Source of the DNA: a virus
Lineage: Duplodnaviria > Caudoviricetes
DNA length: 64,000 bases
Strand: one strand, 5' to 3'
IMG/VR virus record: IMGVR_UViG_3300005611_000002
Span: 64,001-128,000 of that record
This document shows, piece after piece, positions 63,625-64,000 of the stretch. The stretch's first letter is position 1. Each line of letters begins with the position of its first letter. The translations under genes and the position numbers were made by a program. The notes under the pieces are model-generated. The model saw nothing but the letters and a program-made list of their open reading frames with translations, had not been told where the DNA came from and did not search any database.

Positions 63625-63998
63625 AATGCTGCCCTACTGTTTGAAGCTCGACGAGCTAGTTTTCTTACTGAAGATGTGAATGGTCTTCCTTCAAGACGAC
63701 CGGTTCTACCGTTAATTCTGAGACCTTGAGCAAAATATTGGTTATTGAGCTCGTCTGCGCCCGACCATCTTACTCTACCACTTTCTTCTTGTAATACAGA
63801 AGCAGCAGCAGAGATCGGTTGACCGAGTCTTCTGAAGTTAAGTGGAAGTGCGTTTACGTTCACGCCAGCTGAAGCAAGGTTGAATTGGTGTGATAGACTT
63901 TCTACAAGACTTCCAAACGCGAGTGTACTTGGTGCTCTTACACTTGCAATGAGAACGTCATCAATTAGGCCATCTAACATTGCTTCTTCTGACGCAGT
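63621..63998 (-). CDS. 3' end of a gene truncated by the window edge
   Basis: frame stays open upstream of track ATG 63980 to the edge. Confidence 0.65.
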   Translation of the reverse strand, partial: TASEEAMLDGLIDDVLIASVRAPSTLAFGSLVESLSHQFNLASAGVNVNALPLNFRRLGQPISAAASVLQEESGRVRWSGADELNNQYFAQGLRINGRTGRLEGRPFTSSVRKLARRASNSRAAL

Positions 63999-64000
63999 AT

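Noticed and set aside
1-64000. tRNA/rRNA genes or stop-codon reassignment
   Set aside because: No cloverleaf noticed in the short intergenic gaps, and core genes are full length in the standard code.

Overview
64 kb of a large T4-superfamily myophage genome. A GapR/DUF2312 gene and GANTC-containing promoters point to an alphaproteobacterial host, probably Rhodobacteraceae. Positions 1-27.2 kb are a + strand early/middle region of small genes plus nucleic-acid metabolism: RNA ligase 1, kinase and phosphatase modules, DNA ligase, RNase H, dNMP kinase, PhoH, exonuclease, DenV-like glycosylase, APS kinase and GapR. Positions 28.3-43.3 kb are the - strand T4 late module gp13-gp23. Positions 43.4-64 kb hold collagen-like fibres, three RCC1-repeat propellers and a 15-gene sugar/sulfate/methyl modification cluster with ADP-heptose enzymes. 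Best candidate for an undescribed system: three free-standing GIY-YIG endonuclease genes each carry the same ~95-nt covarying structured element (5891-5990, 21136-21237, 28080-28175), bracketed by two inward-facing late-promoter octamers. Also notable: endonuclease insertions that bring a replacement copy of the disrupted gene end (exonuclease, gp21, gp13, gp23 terminator); an RNA ligase split into two genes; eight early promoters with GAATC at an invariant spacer position; and near-consensus sigma70 promoters firing antisense into the modification genes. Product calls come from motif recognition only; no searches were run.
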